A stretch of 64,000 bases of DNA from Bdellovibrionales bacterium (GTDB lineage: Bacteria; Bdellovibrionota; Bdellovibrionia; Bdellovibrionales; UBA1609), in contig OZ241456.1 of the NCBI GenBank assembly GCA_965200875.1, positions 1,280,001 to 1,344,000 of the forward strand, given 5' to 3'. Below the pieces are notes generated by a model. The model searched no databases and was not told the origin of the DNA. It worked only from the letters and a program-made list of their open reading frames with translations. Positions 10,902-22,091 of this stretch are shown here, one piece after another (the stretch's first letter is position 1; the number at the start of each line of letters is the position of its first letter). The position numbers and the translations under genes are program-made.

Positions 10902-11867
10902 ATGTGGGCAGTTTTATTCCCAGGACAGGGTTCACAAACCATAGGTATGGGAAAGTTTTACTATGAACAGTTTCAAACAGCCAGAGAGCTGTTTGAATCC
11001 GCTTCTGACGAACTGAAAATAGATTTTAAAAAATTGTGTTTTGAAGGGCCAGAAGAGGATTTAATACTGACTCAAAACACGCAACCTGCTATTGTGTTGG
11101 TTTCCTGCACGGCTTGGTTTTGCCTCGCCAATGAAATAGATCTAAGTTTTATCAAATATTGCGCAGGACACTCTGTGGGGGAATATTCCGCTCTCGTGTC
11201 CGCAGGAGTTCTTTCTTTAAATTCCGCTCTGAAAGCCGTTCGGCAAAGAGGCTTGTATATGAGTGAATCATGCCCTCCTGGAAAAGGAGGAATGAGTGCT
11301 CTTATCGGCCCATCCCCTGAATCCGCTAAAAAATTTTGCAAATGGGTGGAGAAAAAAAGTGGCAATACACCTTTGGAAACTGCCAACTTTAACAGCCCCG
11401 GGCAAACTGTTCTCAGTGGCTCATCATCAGCCTTAAACTGGGCCAAAGAGCATTATCAGGAATATTTTTCTTCGGAGGAAAAAACACGAATAATTCCCTT
11501 AAAAGTATCCGCACCATTCCATTCTTCTCTTATGGATCCTGCATGTAAAAAAATGGACAGATTTTTAAAAACACTTCCCTTTAAAAAACCAAATAAAATG
11601 ATAGTGCAAAACACCATCGCATGTGCCAAACGCAATCCCAGTACCATCCGTACAAACTTAATTGCACAGGTAAAAGCCCCCGTTTTATGGCTTCAATCCA
11701 TGCAGTACTTATTTGAACAAGGATGTAGCTGTTTTTTAGAACTGGGAGAAGGAAAAATACTGGCCGGATTGATGAAAAAAACAAACAGCTCAAAATCCCT
11801 GTTCCATTTCCATTCCCTGAAAGATATACAAATATTGCGTAATCAAATAAGCAATGGTAAGGTTTGA
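10902..11867 (+). CDS. fabD: malonyl-CoA:ACP transacylase
   Basis: FPGQGSQ, GHSVGEY and VSAPFHS motifs. Confidence 0.97.
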   Translation: MWAVLFPGQGSQTIGMGKFYYEQFQTARELFESASDELKIDFKKLCFEGPEEDLILTQNTQPAIVLVSCTAWFCLANEIDLSFIKYCAGHSVGEYSALVSAGVLSLNSALKAVRQRGLYMSESCPPGKGGMSALIGPSPESAKKFCKWVEKKSGNTPLETANFNSPGQTVLSGSSSALNWAKEHYQEYFSSEEKTRIIPLKVSAPFHSSLMDPACKKMDRFLKTLPFKKPNKMIVQNTIACAKRNPSTIRTNLIAQVKAPVLWLQSMQYLFEQGCSCFLELGEGKILAGLMKKTNSSKSLFHFHSLKDIQILRNQISNGKV

Positions 11868-11906
11868 TCTTATAACTCTTACAAAAGAAACTTTAAAGGA
11901 TTAACC

Positions 11907-12641
11907 ATGCAATTATTAAAAGATCAATGTGTGATGGTTACTGGATCCTGTCGTGGAATTGGATCTGCTATTGTAAAATATCTGTCCCAATGTTCAGCAC
12001 GAGTGGCTGTTACTTATGTGTCCTCAAAAGAAAAGGCTCAAAAAACTTTTCAGGAACTTAGTGGTTCAGGACATTTATTGTTGCAAATGGATGTCACAAA
12101 CCCGGAGTCTGTGAAAAAAGCTTTCGAACAATTTATGAATCACTTTGGCACTTTATCGGCTTTAGTGAATAACGCGGGAATCACTAAAGATGGACTACTC
12201 CTGAGAATGAAAGATGAGGATTTTAGCACCGTCCTTAAAACAAACCTCTATGGAAGCTTTTACTGCTCTAGGACAGCTACCAAATACATGATTAAGGCAC
12301 GCAAAGGACATATTATAAATATATCTTCTGTTGTGGCTCAAACAGGAAACCCAGGACAAACCAACTATGTAGCCAGTAAAGCAGGCATTGAAGGGCTGAC
12401 CAGAGCAATGGCCAATGAACTGGCCGGAAGAAATATCAAAGTAAATGCCATTGCCCCAGGATTTATTCAAACTGATATGACAGAGAAACTAAGCGCCCAG
12501 CAAATTCAGACTATTACGGAAAGAATACCTCTCAAAAAATTGGGCTGGCCAAAGGATATCGCGGAAACAGTAACTTTCCTGCTTGGTTCTGAATATATAA
12601 CAGGGCAAGTCATTTCTGTAAATGGGGGCCTGGCTATGTAA
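11907..12641 (+). CDS. fabG: 3-oxoacyl-ACP reductase
   Basis: TGxxRGIG, NNAGITKD and YVASK motifs. Confidence 0.96.
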   Translation: MQLLKDQCVMVTGSCRGIGSAIVKYLSQCSARVAVTYVSSKEKAQKTFQELSGSGHLLLQMDVTNPESVKKAFEQFMNHFGTLSALVNNAGITKDGLLLRMKDEDFSTVLKTNLYGSFYCSRTATKYMIKARKGHIINISSVVAQTGNPGQTNYVASKAGIEGLTRAMANELAGRNIKVNAIAPGFIQTDMTEKLSAQQIQTITERIPLKKLGWPKDIAETVTFLLGSEYITGQVISVNGGLAM

Positions 12642-12732
12642 GAGGTTTGTTGACCTCTTTAAAAAAGTATTTTTTAATAAGCGCGAATCAAAAAAACACA
12701 ATTTTTAACACAGTGGAAAGACAGGAGGAAAT

Positions 12733-12978
12733 ATGAGTATCGAAGAAAAAGTAACTTCCATTATTGTAGAACAGCTGGGAGTGGAAAAAGACAAAGTGAA
12801 ACCGGAATCCTCTTTCACAGATGATTTAGGAGCGGACAGTATGGATATCGTGGAGCTGGTTATGGCCTTTGAAGAGAATTTTTCCATTGAAATACCGGAT
12901 CAGGAAGAAGAGAATATTCGCACTGTTCAAGATGCTATTGATTACATAAAAGAAAATCAAAATCCGCAAAACGGGTAA
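12733..12978 (+). CDS. acpP: acyl carrier protein
   Basis: [18 protein letters not shown]. Confidence 0.98.
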   Translation: MSIEEKVTSIIVEQLGVEKDKVKPESSFTDDLGADSMDIVELVMAFEENFSIEIPDQEEENIRTVQDAIDYIKENQNPQNG

Positions 12979-12981
12979 AAG

Positions 12982-14217
12982 ATGAGAAAAGTTGTTGTCA
13001 CGGGTTTGGGAGCTGTTACCCCTCTTGGAACTGGAGTCAAAAAAAGCTGGTCTGCTGTATTAAACGCCTTATCAGGAATTGATACTATTCAGGCTATTCC
13101 AACAGATTCTCTGAATATAAAAATTGCTGGAGAGGCCACTGATTTTTCTGCTGATAATTGGCTCTCCCCAAAAGAGCAAAAAAGAACAAGTCGCTTTATC
13201 CATTTAGCCATCAGCAGTGCTGGTCAGGCTATTCAATCTTCCGGGTTAAACTTTGAACAAGAGGAAAACTTAAAAGAAAGAACTGGTGTCTTAATAGGAG
13301 CTGGCATAGGTGCTCTTCCCATCATCGAAGAACACTCTATACGGCTCAAACAAAATAAACGGCTTTCCCCTTTTTTCATTCCCGCTGTTATTGTCAACTC
13401 AGCTTCAGGACAAATAAGCATTAAATGGAAATTAAAAGGGCCTAATTTTTCCACTGTATCTGCCTGTGCTTCCGGTGCTCATGCCATTGGTGAATCCTGC
13501 CGATGGATTAAAGAAGGTATTTGTGATGTCGTGGTCAGTGGAGGAACAGAATCTGTTATCTCTCCTTTGGCCTTTCAGGGTTTTCACGCTATGCGTGCAC
13601 TTTCCACGAGAAACAATGAACCGAAGAAAGCTTCACGCCCCTGGGATAAAGAAAGAGATGGTTTTATTCTCAGTGAAGGTTCCGGGGTTTTAATCCTAGA
13701 AGAAGAACAAAGAGCGAAAAAAAGAAATGCACCCATTTACGCAGAACTTATTGGCTATGGTTCTTCCTCTGACGCCCACCATATTGCCGCACCAGAACCT
13801 AATGGAAAAGGTGCGCAGATGGCTATGCTGACAGCCTTAAAATCCGCAAATATATCTCCAGAAGAAGTGCAGTATATTAATGCTCACGGCACAAGCACCC
13901 CTGCTGGTGATGTGGCCGAAGCCAAAGCCATTCAATCCGTTTTTAAAGATCATAGCCAAAAAATCTGGATCAGCAGTACAAAAAGTATGACTGGACACAC
14001 TTTGGGTGCGGCGGGAGCTATTGAAAGTGTATTCTCCATTTTAAGCCTTTGCAATCAAACAGCACCTCCCACTATCAATTTAGACAATCCTGACAATGAA
14101 TATAAGCTGGATTTTGTACCTCACAAAGCACGCGAAGGGAAAATAAACATAGCTTTGAACAACAGCTTCGGTTTTGGTGGCACAAATGCCTGTTTGCTGT
14201 TTAAAAAATATTCATAA
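12982..14217 (+). CDS. fabF: beta-ketoacyl-ACP synthase II
   Basis: SACASG, NAHGTST, KSMTGH and NSFGFGGTN motifs. Confidence 0.97.
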   Translation: MRKVVVTGLGAVTPLGTGVKKSWSAVLNALSGIDTIQAIPTDSLNIKIAGEATDFSADNWLSPKEQKRTSRFIHLAISSAGQAIQSSGLNFEQEENLKERTGVLIGAGIGALPIIEEHSIRLKQNKRLSPFFIPAVIVNSASGQISIKWKLKGPNFSTVSACASGAHAIGESCRWIKEGICDVVVSGGTESVISPLAFQGFHAMRALSTRNNEPKKASRPWDKERDGFILSEGSGVLILEEEQRAKKRNAPIYAELIGYGSSSDAHHIAAPEPNGKGAQMAMLTALKSANISPEEVQYINAHGTSTPAGDVAEAKAIQSVFKDHSQKIWISSTKSMTGHTLGAAGAIESVFSILSLCNQTAPPTINLDNPDNEYKLDFVPHKAREGKINIALNNSFGFGGTNACLLFKKYS

Positions 14218-14290
14218 AACGAAAGTGCTTATCATATACCGACAAAAAAGCTATAAATAATGAAATCACCAAAATAAATGGAGAATAAAA

Positions 14291-14773
14291 GTGAACGAGT
14301 CAAAAAAAATTTTTATCGCCAATGATCACGCCGGTTTTCAGCTTAAAAAATTTTTAATGAATAAAAATACAACACAAAATTGGAAAGACTTGGGAGTATT
14401 TAATGAGAAAACAAGCGACTACCCCGAACAAGCAGAAAAATTATGTTGCCACATTCTGGAAAACATATCTTCTGACGAACCACCTCTCGGTGTTTTGATA
14501 TGCGGAAGCGGACAAGGAATGGCCATAAAAGCCAACCGTTTTCCCGGTATTCGAGCTATACTGGCCTGGGATGAGCAAAGTTGTCGCCTAGCGAGGGAGC
14601 ATAATAAAGCCAATGTATTATGCTTGGGAGCGCGGTTGATTCCTTTTGAAACCGCTGACAATATATTTAAAGTGTTTATTAGCGCAGTCTTCACAGGTGG
14701 ACGCCATAGCGACAGAATAAAAAATCTGGATAAAAACATCCTTTGCCAAACAACAGAAAAAAATTGTTTATAG
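14291..14773 (+). CDS. rpiB: ribose-5-phosphate isomerase B
   Basis: DHAG, ICGSGQG, REHNKAN and GGRH motifs. Confidence 0.93.
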   Translation: MNESKKIFIANDHAGFQLKKFLMNKNTTQNWKDLGVFNEKTSDYPEQAEKLCCHILENISSDEPPLGVLICGSGQGMAIKANRFPGIRAILAWDEQSCRLAREHNKANVLCLGARLIPFETADNIFKVFISAVFTGGRHSDRIKNLDKNILCQTTEKNCL

Positions 14774-14782
14774 GAAACTACA

Positions 14783-16036
14783 ATGGAAGAAAAAAACACA
14801 ATTCTTAAAAATAATGATGAGCAGATTTTCTCTGCCATAGAACGGGAAAAAAGGCGACAAAAAGAAGGATTGGAGCTAATTGCCTCTGAAAATTATGTAT
14901 CTCCAAATGTACTGAGAGCACAAGGATCCATCCTGACCAATAAATACGCTGAAGGCTACCCAGGAAAAAGATATTATGGCGGATGCGAATTTGTAGATAT
15001 AGTGGAATCTCTCGCCATAGAGAGAGCTATAAAATTATTTTCTGCAGAACATGCTAATGTACAACCCCACTCTGGTTCTCAGGCCAATATGGCTGTATAT
15101 TTCGCAATAGCACGACCTGGAGACTCTATCATGGGAATGGACCTATCTCATGGTGGACATCTCACTCATGGATCACCTGTCAATTTCAGTGGTTCTGTTT
15201 TTCAATCTGACTTTTATCAGCTAAACCCAAAAACAGATCTCTTGGACTATGATCAAATTGAAGCTAAAGTGAAAACAAGAAAACCTAAAATCCTTATCGC
15301 CGGGCATAGTGCCTATCCTCGTATTCCCGACTTCAAAAGTTTTCGAGAGATTGCCGATCGCGTGGGAGCAACTTTAATAGTGGATATGGCGCACTTTGCT
15401 GGATTAGTGGCAGGAGGCGTACACCCTTCTCCCGTACCTTATGCAGATTTTATCACTTCCACCACTCATAAAACTTTAAGAGGTCCACGAGGGGGGTTAA
15501 TTTTGTGCTCAAAAGAAAACAGCAAAAAACTGGATAAGGCTATTTTCCCAGGCACTCAAGGGGGACCTTTAATGCACATCATTTCTGCCAAAGCCGTTTC
15601 TTTTCAGGAAGCCTTACAGACTTCCTTTAAGCAATATGCTCAACAAATTGTCTCTAACGCGAAAACTCTGGCTGAAACCTTAACGGAATACGGCTTTTCT
15701 CTCGTAACAGGAGGAACAGACAATCATCTTATTTTAATCAATTTATCCAACAAAAATATTACCGGTAAAAAAGCAGAAACGGTTTTAGGCCAAGCAGGGA
15801 TTACCGTAAATAAAAACACTGTGCCCGGGGAAACTTTATCCCCTTTTATCACCAGTGGCATTCGCATTGGTACACCTGCCATAACCACAAGGGGAATGGG
15901 TGTGGAAGAAATGAAACAAATCGCTAAGTGGATTCAACAAACTTTGGAAAACCCAAACGACGAAAAACACTTAAGTAAAATAGCCAACGAGGTAAAAGAG
16001 CTATGTTTAAAGTTTCCTGTCTTCTCCTCAAAATAA
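14783..16036 (+). CDS. glyA: serine hydroxymethyltransferase
   Basis: [21 protein letters not shown] and [12 protein letters not shown] motifs. Confidence 0.98.
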   Translation: MEEKNTILKNNDEQIFSAIEREKRRQKEGLELIASENYVSPNVLRAQGSILTNKYAEGYPGKRYYGGCEFVDIVESLAIERAIKLFSAEHANVQPHSGSQANMAVYFAIARPGDSIMGMDLSHGGHLTHGSPVNFSGSVFQSDFYQLNPKTDLLDYDQIEAKVKTRKPKILIAGHSAYPRIPDFKSFREIADRVGATLIVDMAHFAGLVAGGVHPSPVPYADFITSTTHKTLRGPRGGLILCSKENSKKLDKAIFPGTQGGPLMHIISAKAVSFQEALQTSFKQYAQQIVSNAKTLAETLTEYGFSLVTGGTDNHLILINLSNKNITGKKAETVLGQAGITVNKNTVPGETLSPFITSGIRIGTPAITTRGMGVEEMKQIAKWIQQTLENPNDEKHLSKIANEVKELCLKFPVFSSK

Positions 16037-16038
16037 AT

Positions 16039-16518
16039 ATGCTCGGCTCAAAACTTCCAGAGCAGGTGCTTTCTTTTGCAAAAAGAAAAAAAATAACAGG
16101 CTTGGCTTTAGCTCTTTTGTTAAGCGCATGCGCTTCCCGAACAAATCAACCCGATTTTACCTGGCCAGTGAATCCGCCACTAACTTTATCCAGAAAACAC
16201 TCTATTTACCATGAAGGTATTGATTTTCCCAAAACCACCGGGCAACCCGTGTTCTCCTCGGCAGGAGGGACAGTAATATATGCCGGCTCGCAATTTTCCG
16301 GATACGGAAAAGTGATTATTATTGAGCATCAATATAATTGGGCCAGCCTATACGGACATTTAAGCAAAATACTGGTTAAAAACGGTAGTTCTGTCAGGAA
16401 ACGGGAGAAGATAGGAGAAGTTGGAAATACTGGACGATCCTCCTCCCCTCATTTACATTTTGAATTAATACACAAAAAACAACCTGTGAACCCTGTTCCC
16501 TATTTGCCAAACCCATGA
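16039..16518 (+). CDS. M23 family metallopeptidase lipoprotein
   Basis: Lipobox LSAC; HEGID, YGHL and PHLHFE motifs; start probably ATG 16039. Confidence 0.88.
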   Translation: MLGSKLPEQVLSFAKRKKITGLALALLLSACASRTNQPDFTWPVNPPLTLSRKHSIYHEGIDFPKTTGQPVFSSAGGTVIYAGSQFSGYGKVIIIEHQYNWASLYGHLSKILVKNGSSVRKREKIGEVGNTGRSSSPHLHFELIHKKQPVNPVPYLPNP

Positions 16519-16596
16519 ATAAACTTTTCTTCCAGAATAGAATGGAAAGAAGTTTAAGTCTTGTGTTTATGGCACAGAGCTGATAGTATTTTAAGC

Positions 16597-18594
16597 ATGC
16601 GTTTGTATCTGCCAGATTCCCTTCCTATAGATTTACCGGAACAAACAACCGTCTTTGAGCTGGCAAAAAAACTCAAAAAAGATTCTTCGGTTGTTGGTGC
16701 TTTTATTAATAAAAGCCGTCAAATCTCTGATCTGAGAACTCTCCTAGAAAACGGAGATCATGTAAAGCTGGTTCTTCTTCCTTCTGCGGAATCTTTGGAA
16801 GTAATTCGACACTCCTCTGCTCATGTGATGGCTCAGGCAGTTCAGGAACTTTGGCCAGATGTTAAAGTCACTATCGGCCCTGTTATTGAAAACGGATTTT
16901 ACTATGATTTTGATTCTCCCCGGCCTTTTCATCCTGAAGATCTGGAAACTGTAGAAAATAAAATGAAAGAAATTATAACGCGCGATTTAACAGTTATAAA
17001 AGAGGTGTGGCCGAAAGAAAAAGCCATTTCCGTTTTTAAGAAAATGAAAGAAACTTATAAAGTGGAAATCATAGAAGAACTAAATGAACAGGAAGTCAGT
17101 GTTTATCGGCAAGGAGAGTGGTTCGACTTATGTATAGGTCCTCATGTCAGAAAATTATCTCAAATCGGAGCAATTAAAATTTTACATCAATCTGGTGCTT
17201 ACTGGAGAGGTGATGAAGAAAACACTAGGCTGGTGCGAATTTATGGAACAGCTTTTCATACGGAAAAGGAAATAAAACAGTATCTCAAAAACTTGGAGGA
17301 ATCCGCTAAAAGGGATCATCGAAAACTGGGAAAAGAAATGAGTCTTTTTTACTTTTCAGATCTTTCCGCCGGCAGTCCTTTTTTTACAGGAGCTGGAACT
17401 TGTATTTATAATGAATTACAGAGGTTTTTGCGGGAAATATATGTGCAATACGGCTATGAGGAAGTTATTACGCCTCAGGTTTTCAACTCTTCGCTTTTTC
17501 ATCAGTCTGGCCACACTCAACATTTCCTGTATAATATGTATCCTGTTTTACAAAAATCAACACATACGGAACAAAGTATGGCTCATTTACTCAAGAACAA
17601 AAAAGCCAATGTGGAACAAAAAAAGCTTCATAGTTCAAATCTTTCTTTTCTCAAACCAATGAACTGTCCGGGGCATTGCGTGTTATATTCCTTTCAAAAG
17701 CGATCCTACAGGGAACTGCCTTGGCGGGTGGCAGATTTTGGACGCCTGCACCGAAAAGAAAAAAAAGGGGTTTTGCATGGTCTTACCCGTGTCAGCAGTA
17801 TGTGTCAGGATGATGCTCATGTATTTTGCTCCCCGGAGCAGTTACAACAGGAAATAGAGAGTATTTTAAAAATGTTTCAGGAGGTATATGGCCAGCTGGG
17901 TTTAAGTGAATATAAAGTTGCTTTATCCACCCGCCCAGCGGATTCTATGGGAGAAGACGCAATTTGGAACAAAGCAGAAGATGTTTTGTCTTACACTCTG
18001 AAAAAATCAAAGATTCCGTTTGAAATTCACGCTGGAGAAGGAGCTTTTTACGGACCAAAGTTAGATTTGCTTTTTGTGGACGCAATGAAAAGATCCTGGC
18101 AACTGGGCACTCTTCAATGTGACTTTAACATGCCTCATGCCTTTAATTTGAAATATGTGGATAATGACAATAAGGAAAAAACCCCTATTTTGTTACATAG
18201 GGCCATTTTAGGTTCTTTGGAGAGGTTTATAGGTGTGTATCTGGAGCATAGAGGAGGTCATTTGCCTTTGTGGCTTTCGCCGGTACAGGTGTTATTTATC
18301 AATATTTCAAAAGATCAGGAAAAGTATGTTAAAGAATGTGCCGATAAGATGAAGGGAAAGGGAGTTCGAGTGGAAACAGATTTAAGAGGAGAAAAACTGG
18401 GCTATAAGATAAGAACAGCTCGCCTGCGTCGCATTCCCTGTATGGCTGTAGTGGGAGAACGGGAAACTCAGGTTCAGTCTGTAGCGGTGCGTTTGCAGGA
18501 CAAAAAAACTTTTTTGATAAAAACAGATATTTTTATAGAAAAAATACTAAAAATCATTCAAAAAAGGAAGTTAGATATATCTACTAGTTTTTGA
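16597..18594 (+). CDS. thrS: threonine--tRNA ligase
   Basis: RHSSAH, GAYWRGD, KPMNCPGH, QDDAH and AFYGPK motifs. Confidence 0.97.
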   Translation: MRLYLPDSLPIDLPEQTTVFELAKKLKKDSSVVGAFINKSRQISDLRTLLENGDHVKLVLLPSAESLEVIRHSSAHVMAQAVQELWPDVKVTIGPVIENGFYYDFDSPRPFHPEDLETVENKMKEIITRDLTVIKEVWPKEKAISVFKKMKETYKVEIIEELNEQEVSVYRQGEWFDLCIGPHVRKLSQIGAIKILHQSGAYWRGDEENTRLVRIYGTAFHTEKEIKQYLKNLEESAKRDHRKLGKEMSLFYFSDLSAGSPFFTGAGTCIYNELQRFLREIYVQYGYEEVITPQVFNSSLFHQSGHTQHFLYNMYPVLQKSTHTEQSMAHLLKNKKANVEQKKLHSSNLSFLKPMNCPGHCVLYSFQKRSYRELPWRVADFGRLHRKEKKGVLHGLTRVSSMCQDDAHVFCSPEQLQQEIESILKMFQEVYGQLGLSEYKVALSTRPADSMGEDAIWNKAEDVLSYTLKKSKIPFEIHAGEGAFYGPKLDLLFVDAMKRSWQLGTLQCDFNMPHAFNLKYVDNDNKEKTPILLHRAILGSLERFIGVYLEHRGGHLPLWLSPVQVLFINISKDQEKYVKECADKMKGKGVRVETDLRGEKLGYKIRTARLRRIPCMAVVGERETQVQSVAVRLQDKKTFLIKTDIFIEKILKIIQKRKLDISTSF

Positions 18595-18639
18595 GTTTTA
18601 TAATTTTATCAAGTAAAAAACCTAAAAAGGAGGTGTTTT

Positions 18640-19359
18640 ATTCGTAAGTTCAGAAAAAAATTCAAGGGTACAGTCAAAAAGGAAGAGAAGTTCAGAATAA
18701 ATGAAAAGATTATTGCGGAACAAGTGCGTGTGATAAATGAAGATGGTGATATGATGGGTGTGTTACCGCCCTCTCAAGCTGTGACTATGGCTCTGGAAAA
18801 AGGTTTGGATTTAGTGGAGATTGCCCCTAAGGCTAATCCACCTACCTGTAAAATAATGGATTATGGAAAATGGAAATTCAAGCTCAGTAAAAAAGAAAAG
18901 CTATCCCGGAAAAATCAAATTAAAATTATTATTAAGGAAATTCAATTACGCCCGCGCACGGATGTACATGACCTAGAAATCAAAATGAGAAAAGCAAAAG
19001 AGTTTCTTAAGGATGGTTGTAAAGTGAAAATACATTTACGCTATTCCGGGCGGGAGATGGCTCATAAGGAGTTGGGTTTAAAAATGTTAGACAAAGTAAA
19101 ATACGCTTTACTTCCTTATGCCATGCTGGAAAAGGACACTCCTCAAATAGAAAAAAGATCTGTTTTTTTGTTTTTTGCTCCTGATCCTGCAAAGCTTAAA
19201 GAATGGCAAAAAAAGAAAAAAGCAGGGACTGACACAATAGAAAGTAAAGAAGAAGACACAATAGAAAGTAAAGAAAGTGAACCTTCAAAAGGAGGCAGTC
19301 AGAACGAGCAAGAAAAATTTTCTGCGAAGTCCGCCTCTCCGCCGTTCAGAGAAGGGTAG
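18640..19359 (+). CDS. infC: translation initiation factor IF-3 with ATT start codon
   Basis: AGGAGG then in-frame ATT at 18640 gives ...FRINEKI..VRVI; LDLVEI and CKIMDYGK motifs. Confidence 0.93.
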   Translation: MRKFRKKFKGTVKKEEKFRINEKIIAEQVRVINEDGDMMGVLPPSQAVTMALEKGLDLVEIAPKANPPTCKIMDYGKWKFKLSKKEKLSRKNQIKIIIKEIQLRPRTDVHDLEIKMRKAKEFLKDGCKVKIHLRYSGREMAHKELGLKMLDKVKYALLPYAMLEKDTPQIEKRSVFLFFAPDPAKLKEWQKKKKAGTDTIESKEEDTIESKESEPSKGGSQNEQEKFSAKSASPPFREG

Positions 19360-19443
19360 TAACTTGGTCCTGAATAAGTCTTTTTAGGGATTGCCCTATT
19401 GTGATGAATGATATTGTCTTAATGCTTTATCTTCAAAAGTGAA

Positions 19444-21941
19444 TTATCTATCAATACATTTACTTCCATTTTGAGTACCCTCAGAATTAATAAAATACCA
19501 CCATTTTTTCTCGGCAGGACAGTCACATCGACCGGTTGTTTCATTCCATGTTGCATCTTGTGGACACCATATACATTTGTTAAGTGTATGACTGTAATTT
19601 CTCTGGAAGGTTTGCCCTCCTGGGAATTGAATAGGACCACAAGCATCAATACATTGACTTCCATCTTGAATGCCAGAATCAGAATCAATAGTATACCACC
19701 ATCTTTTTCCGGCAGGACAGTCACATCGACCGGTTGTTTCATTCCATGTTGCATCTTGTGGACACCATATACATTTGTTAAGTGTATGACTTAACTTTCT
19801 ATGGCGTAGTTGCCCTCCTTGAAATCTAACAGAACCACAAAGGCACTTTATGGTTAATCTTTCGTTTTTTACAAAAACTTGCATAATACCACCTTGGATT
19901 TGCTGTTCTCCTGGGATATCACAAGGACATTTTGACCCATCCCAAGGTACGCCAGCAGGGCATGCGCCACAGTAACCTTCCCGACTTCTCGTGTTCCGAT
20001 TAAAAATAGCATGGAAAGAAGGAAATGCTGGGTTGTTGCATACACATCTATGGTTACCATTATCTGTGTATTCAAAGGTTACATCTCGACTAGAGCAGTG
20101 TACACATTCCAAGTATCTATTACTAAAATACTGTCCCCTAGGACATCGGTGACATTTGTTATCGTAATAATGTTGCCCTTCAGGGCATCGGTTACATTCC
20201 CTAGAACCCAAATGCCAATGTGGTTTTGCAGTGGGGCATTGACATTTTTGTATTGTGGTAGACCATTCTTTCCCACCAGGGCATCTTTGACATTTATCTT
20301 CGTAAAAATATATGTTAGGACTACGGCATGTAATACATTGTTCTCTTGTAGTAGACCAATATTGATCACCACGGCATCTTCGACAAATGCCGTTAAAAAA
20401 ATGTATGTTAGGATGAGAACATGTAATACATTGTTGTCTTTGGACAGAATAATGTTGCCCACTTTGGCATGGAGGATATATACATTCGTTCCTTATATGA
20501 TCAAATGTTTTATCTGAATCCAGACATGTACATTTATTGACAGACCAAGTCCATTTTGACCCACCACCGCATGTTGTACATTGATTATTATGCCAAATGG
20601 GGTTTGAGGGTGATAAACATTCACATCTCCCTTTAATTTCTCCCTCCCCCCCCGGCCAGTTCCAAGCTCTACCCCCAGTGCAATCACATCGACCGGTTGT
20701 TTCATTCCATGTTCCGTCAATGCATGGTACACAAGCCCCACTGAAAAAATATTTTCTAGGAGGACAATCGCACTTATTGACTCTGTCAGGTTCATAAATC
20801 CATATATATTTTGAATCATCACATACACATTTACCATTACTCCAATGTGACCTTGAATAACCGCTAGTGGGGCATGTGATACATCTGCAACCCCGTTTTT
20901 AATATAAAGGTGATGATTACTGGGGCAATCACATCCTGGTCCACCTTCTAAATCGGGATTCCATATAAAACTTGTCGGACACCTCTGACATACACCTTGC
21001 TTGTATATTGGTTTGTCGTCTGGGCATACACAGAGTGGTGGGTTTGTGTTTGTTAAAATGCTACCTCCTGTACACATAATCTGACACACAGTTGTTCCGT
21101 CTGTTTTTCTTACAGGATATTGCCCTTCAGGGCATGTTTTAGATACTTCTATTGCATCAGGTTTTATCCTGGACTCACTTGTCTTGAATCCGGTAAAAGC
21201 TTTAATGGTTTGTGTGGTATCAGGATTGAGCTGTCTCATTTCATCAGAATTAAAAATATTGGCTGGTATAGTGTCACAAGGTGTTATGCCTGTTTTGATT
21301 TCGTTAGGGTCACAAGAGCTTATTTTAGGTTCTGGTTTTTTCGGGAAACAATTTGCTGGTGCACATGAGGTTATTATATTGCTTGGATCATCATCATTAC
21401 TACAATCTGTATTAGAGTTACGATCAGCTTTACTGCATGTATAGTTTATTTCACAGGAAACATGGTAACAGCCTCTTTTGTCTCCTTTTTTATTGCTATT
21501 CTCGTCATCAGGTTCGCATTTATAAGGTTGATTATTATCATGCTTCCCTTGCCTTATCTCATTAGCACCTAAAGCAGGCTTTTTGTAATATACATAAAGA
21601 GTCTTTTTTTTTGGAAAAGGTGGGGCATTAGTGGGAAGGACATCTATATCAATAATATTAATAAAACCCTCGTTCTTAAAATTTCCAACATTCAGAACAG
21701 ATATTCTTTCCTCCGGTTTTCCAGTTAAATACTGCCTGCAATAATCGTCATTATTTAAAATATTTATTAATGTTTTTCCTAAGGCTTTTTCTGAAGAGGC
21801 CACACTTTCAACATTGGTACTATTTATTGACCTTGTGTTTAGCTTATAATTCCCCATAGCAATAGTAAGGCCAACAAGAGAAAAGCCCAGTACGCCAAGA
21901 AGGCCACCACCAACAAAACCAGTTTTACTTTTTATCCTCAT
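19444..21941 (-). pseudogene. frameshifted prepilin-like Cys-rich repeat protein (~832 aa when restored)
   Basis: KTG|FVGGGLLGVLG leader. After 20891-20900 the -1 frame reads Cys-rich sequence (CRCITCP..CVC..CDCP..WNETTGRCDC) with no stop into the 19444-20211 ORF. Confidence 0.85.
19512..19791. repeat. two identical 82-bp repeats (19512-19593, 19710-19791; period 198 nt)
   Basis: Both encode SHTLNKCIWCPQDATWNETTGRCDCPA; a shorter third copy lies near 20684-20712. Confidence 0.9.
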
Positions 21942-21965
21942 GCGAAATAGCCTATTTGTTTTAAC

Positions 21966-22091
21966 TACTCACCCGTGAAAAACCCATAGTGCTTTAATTA
22001 TCACACTCTTTTTTCAAGTACTTTCCCAAGGGATGTCATTCCCGTGAAAACGGGAATCCAGGAAAATAACATACTTTTTCACGGACCACTA
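21966..22091. mobile_element. MITE-like element with internal ATTCCC-N8-GGGAAT palindrome
   Basis: Imperfect terminal IRs TACTCACCCGTGAAAAA / TTTTTCACGGACCACTA; TAACTACT direct repeat overlapping both ends; GTCATTCCCGTGAAAACGGGAATCCAG at 22035-22061. Confidence 0.6.

Noticed and set aside
19444..19800. DGR template/variable repeat pair in the Cys-rich gene
   Set aside because: Differences are not adenine-specific, both copies are in-frame coding, and no reverse transcriptase is present
20493..20890. C-terminal ~130 aa of the 482-aa ORF, and ORFs 19419-19754 and 20079-20462, as real proteins
   Set aside because: They are out-of-frame readings of the Cys-rich gene (HGMKQPVDV is TWNETTGRC shifted)
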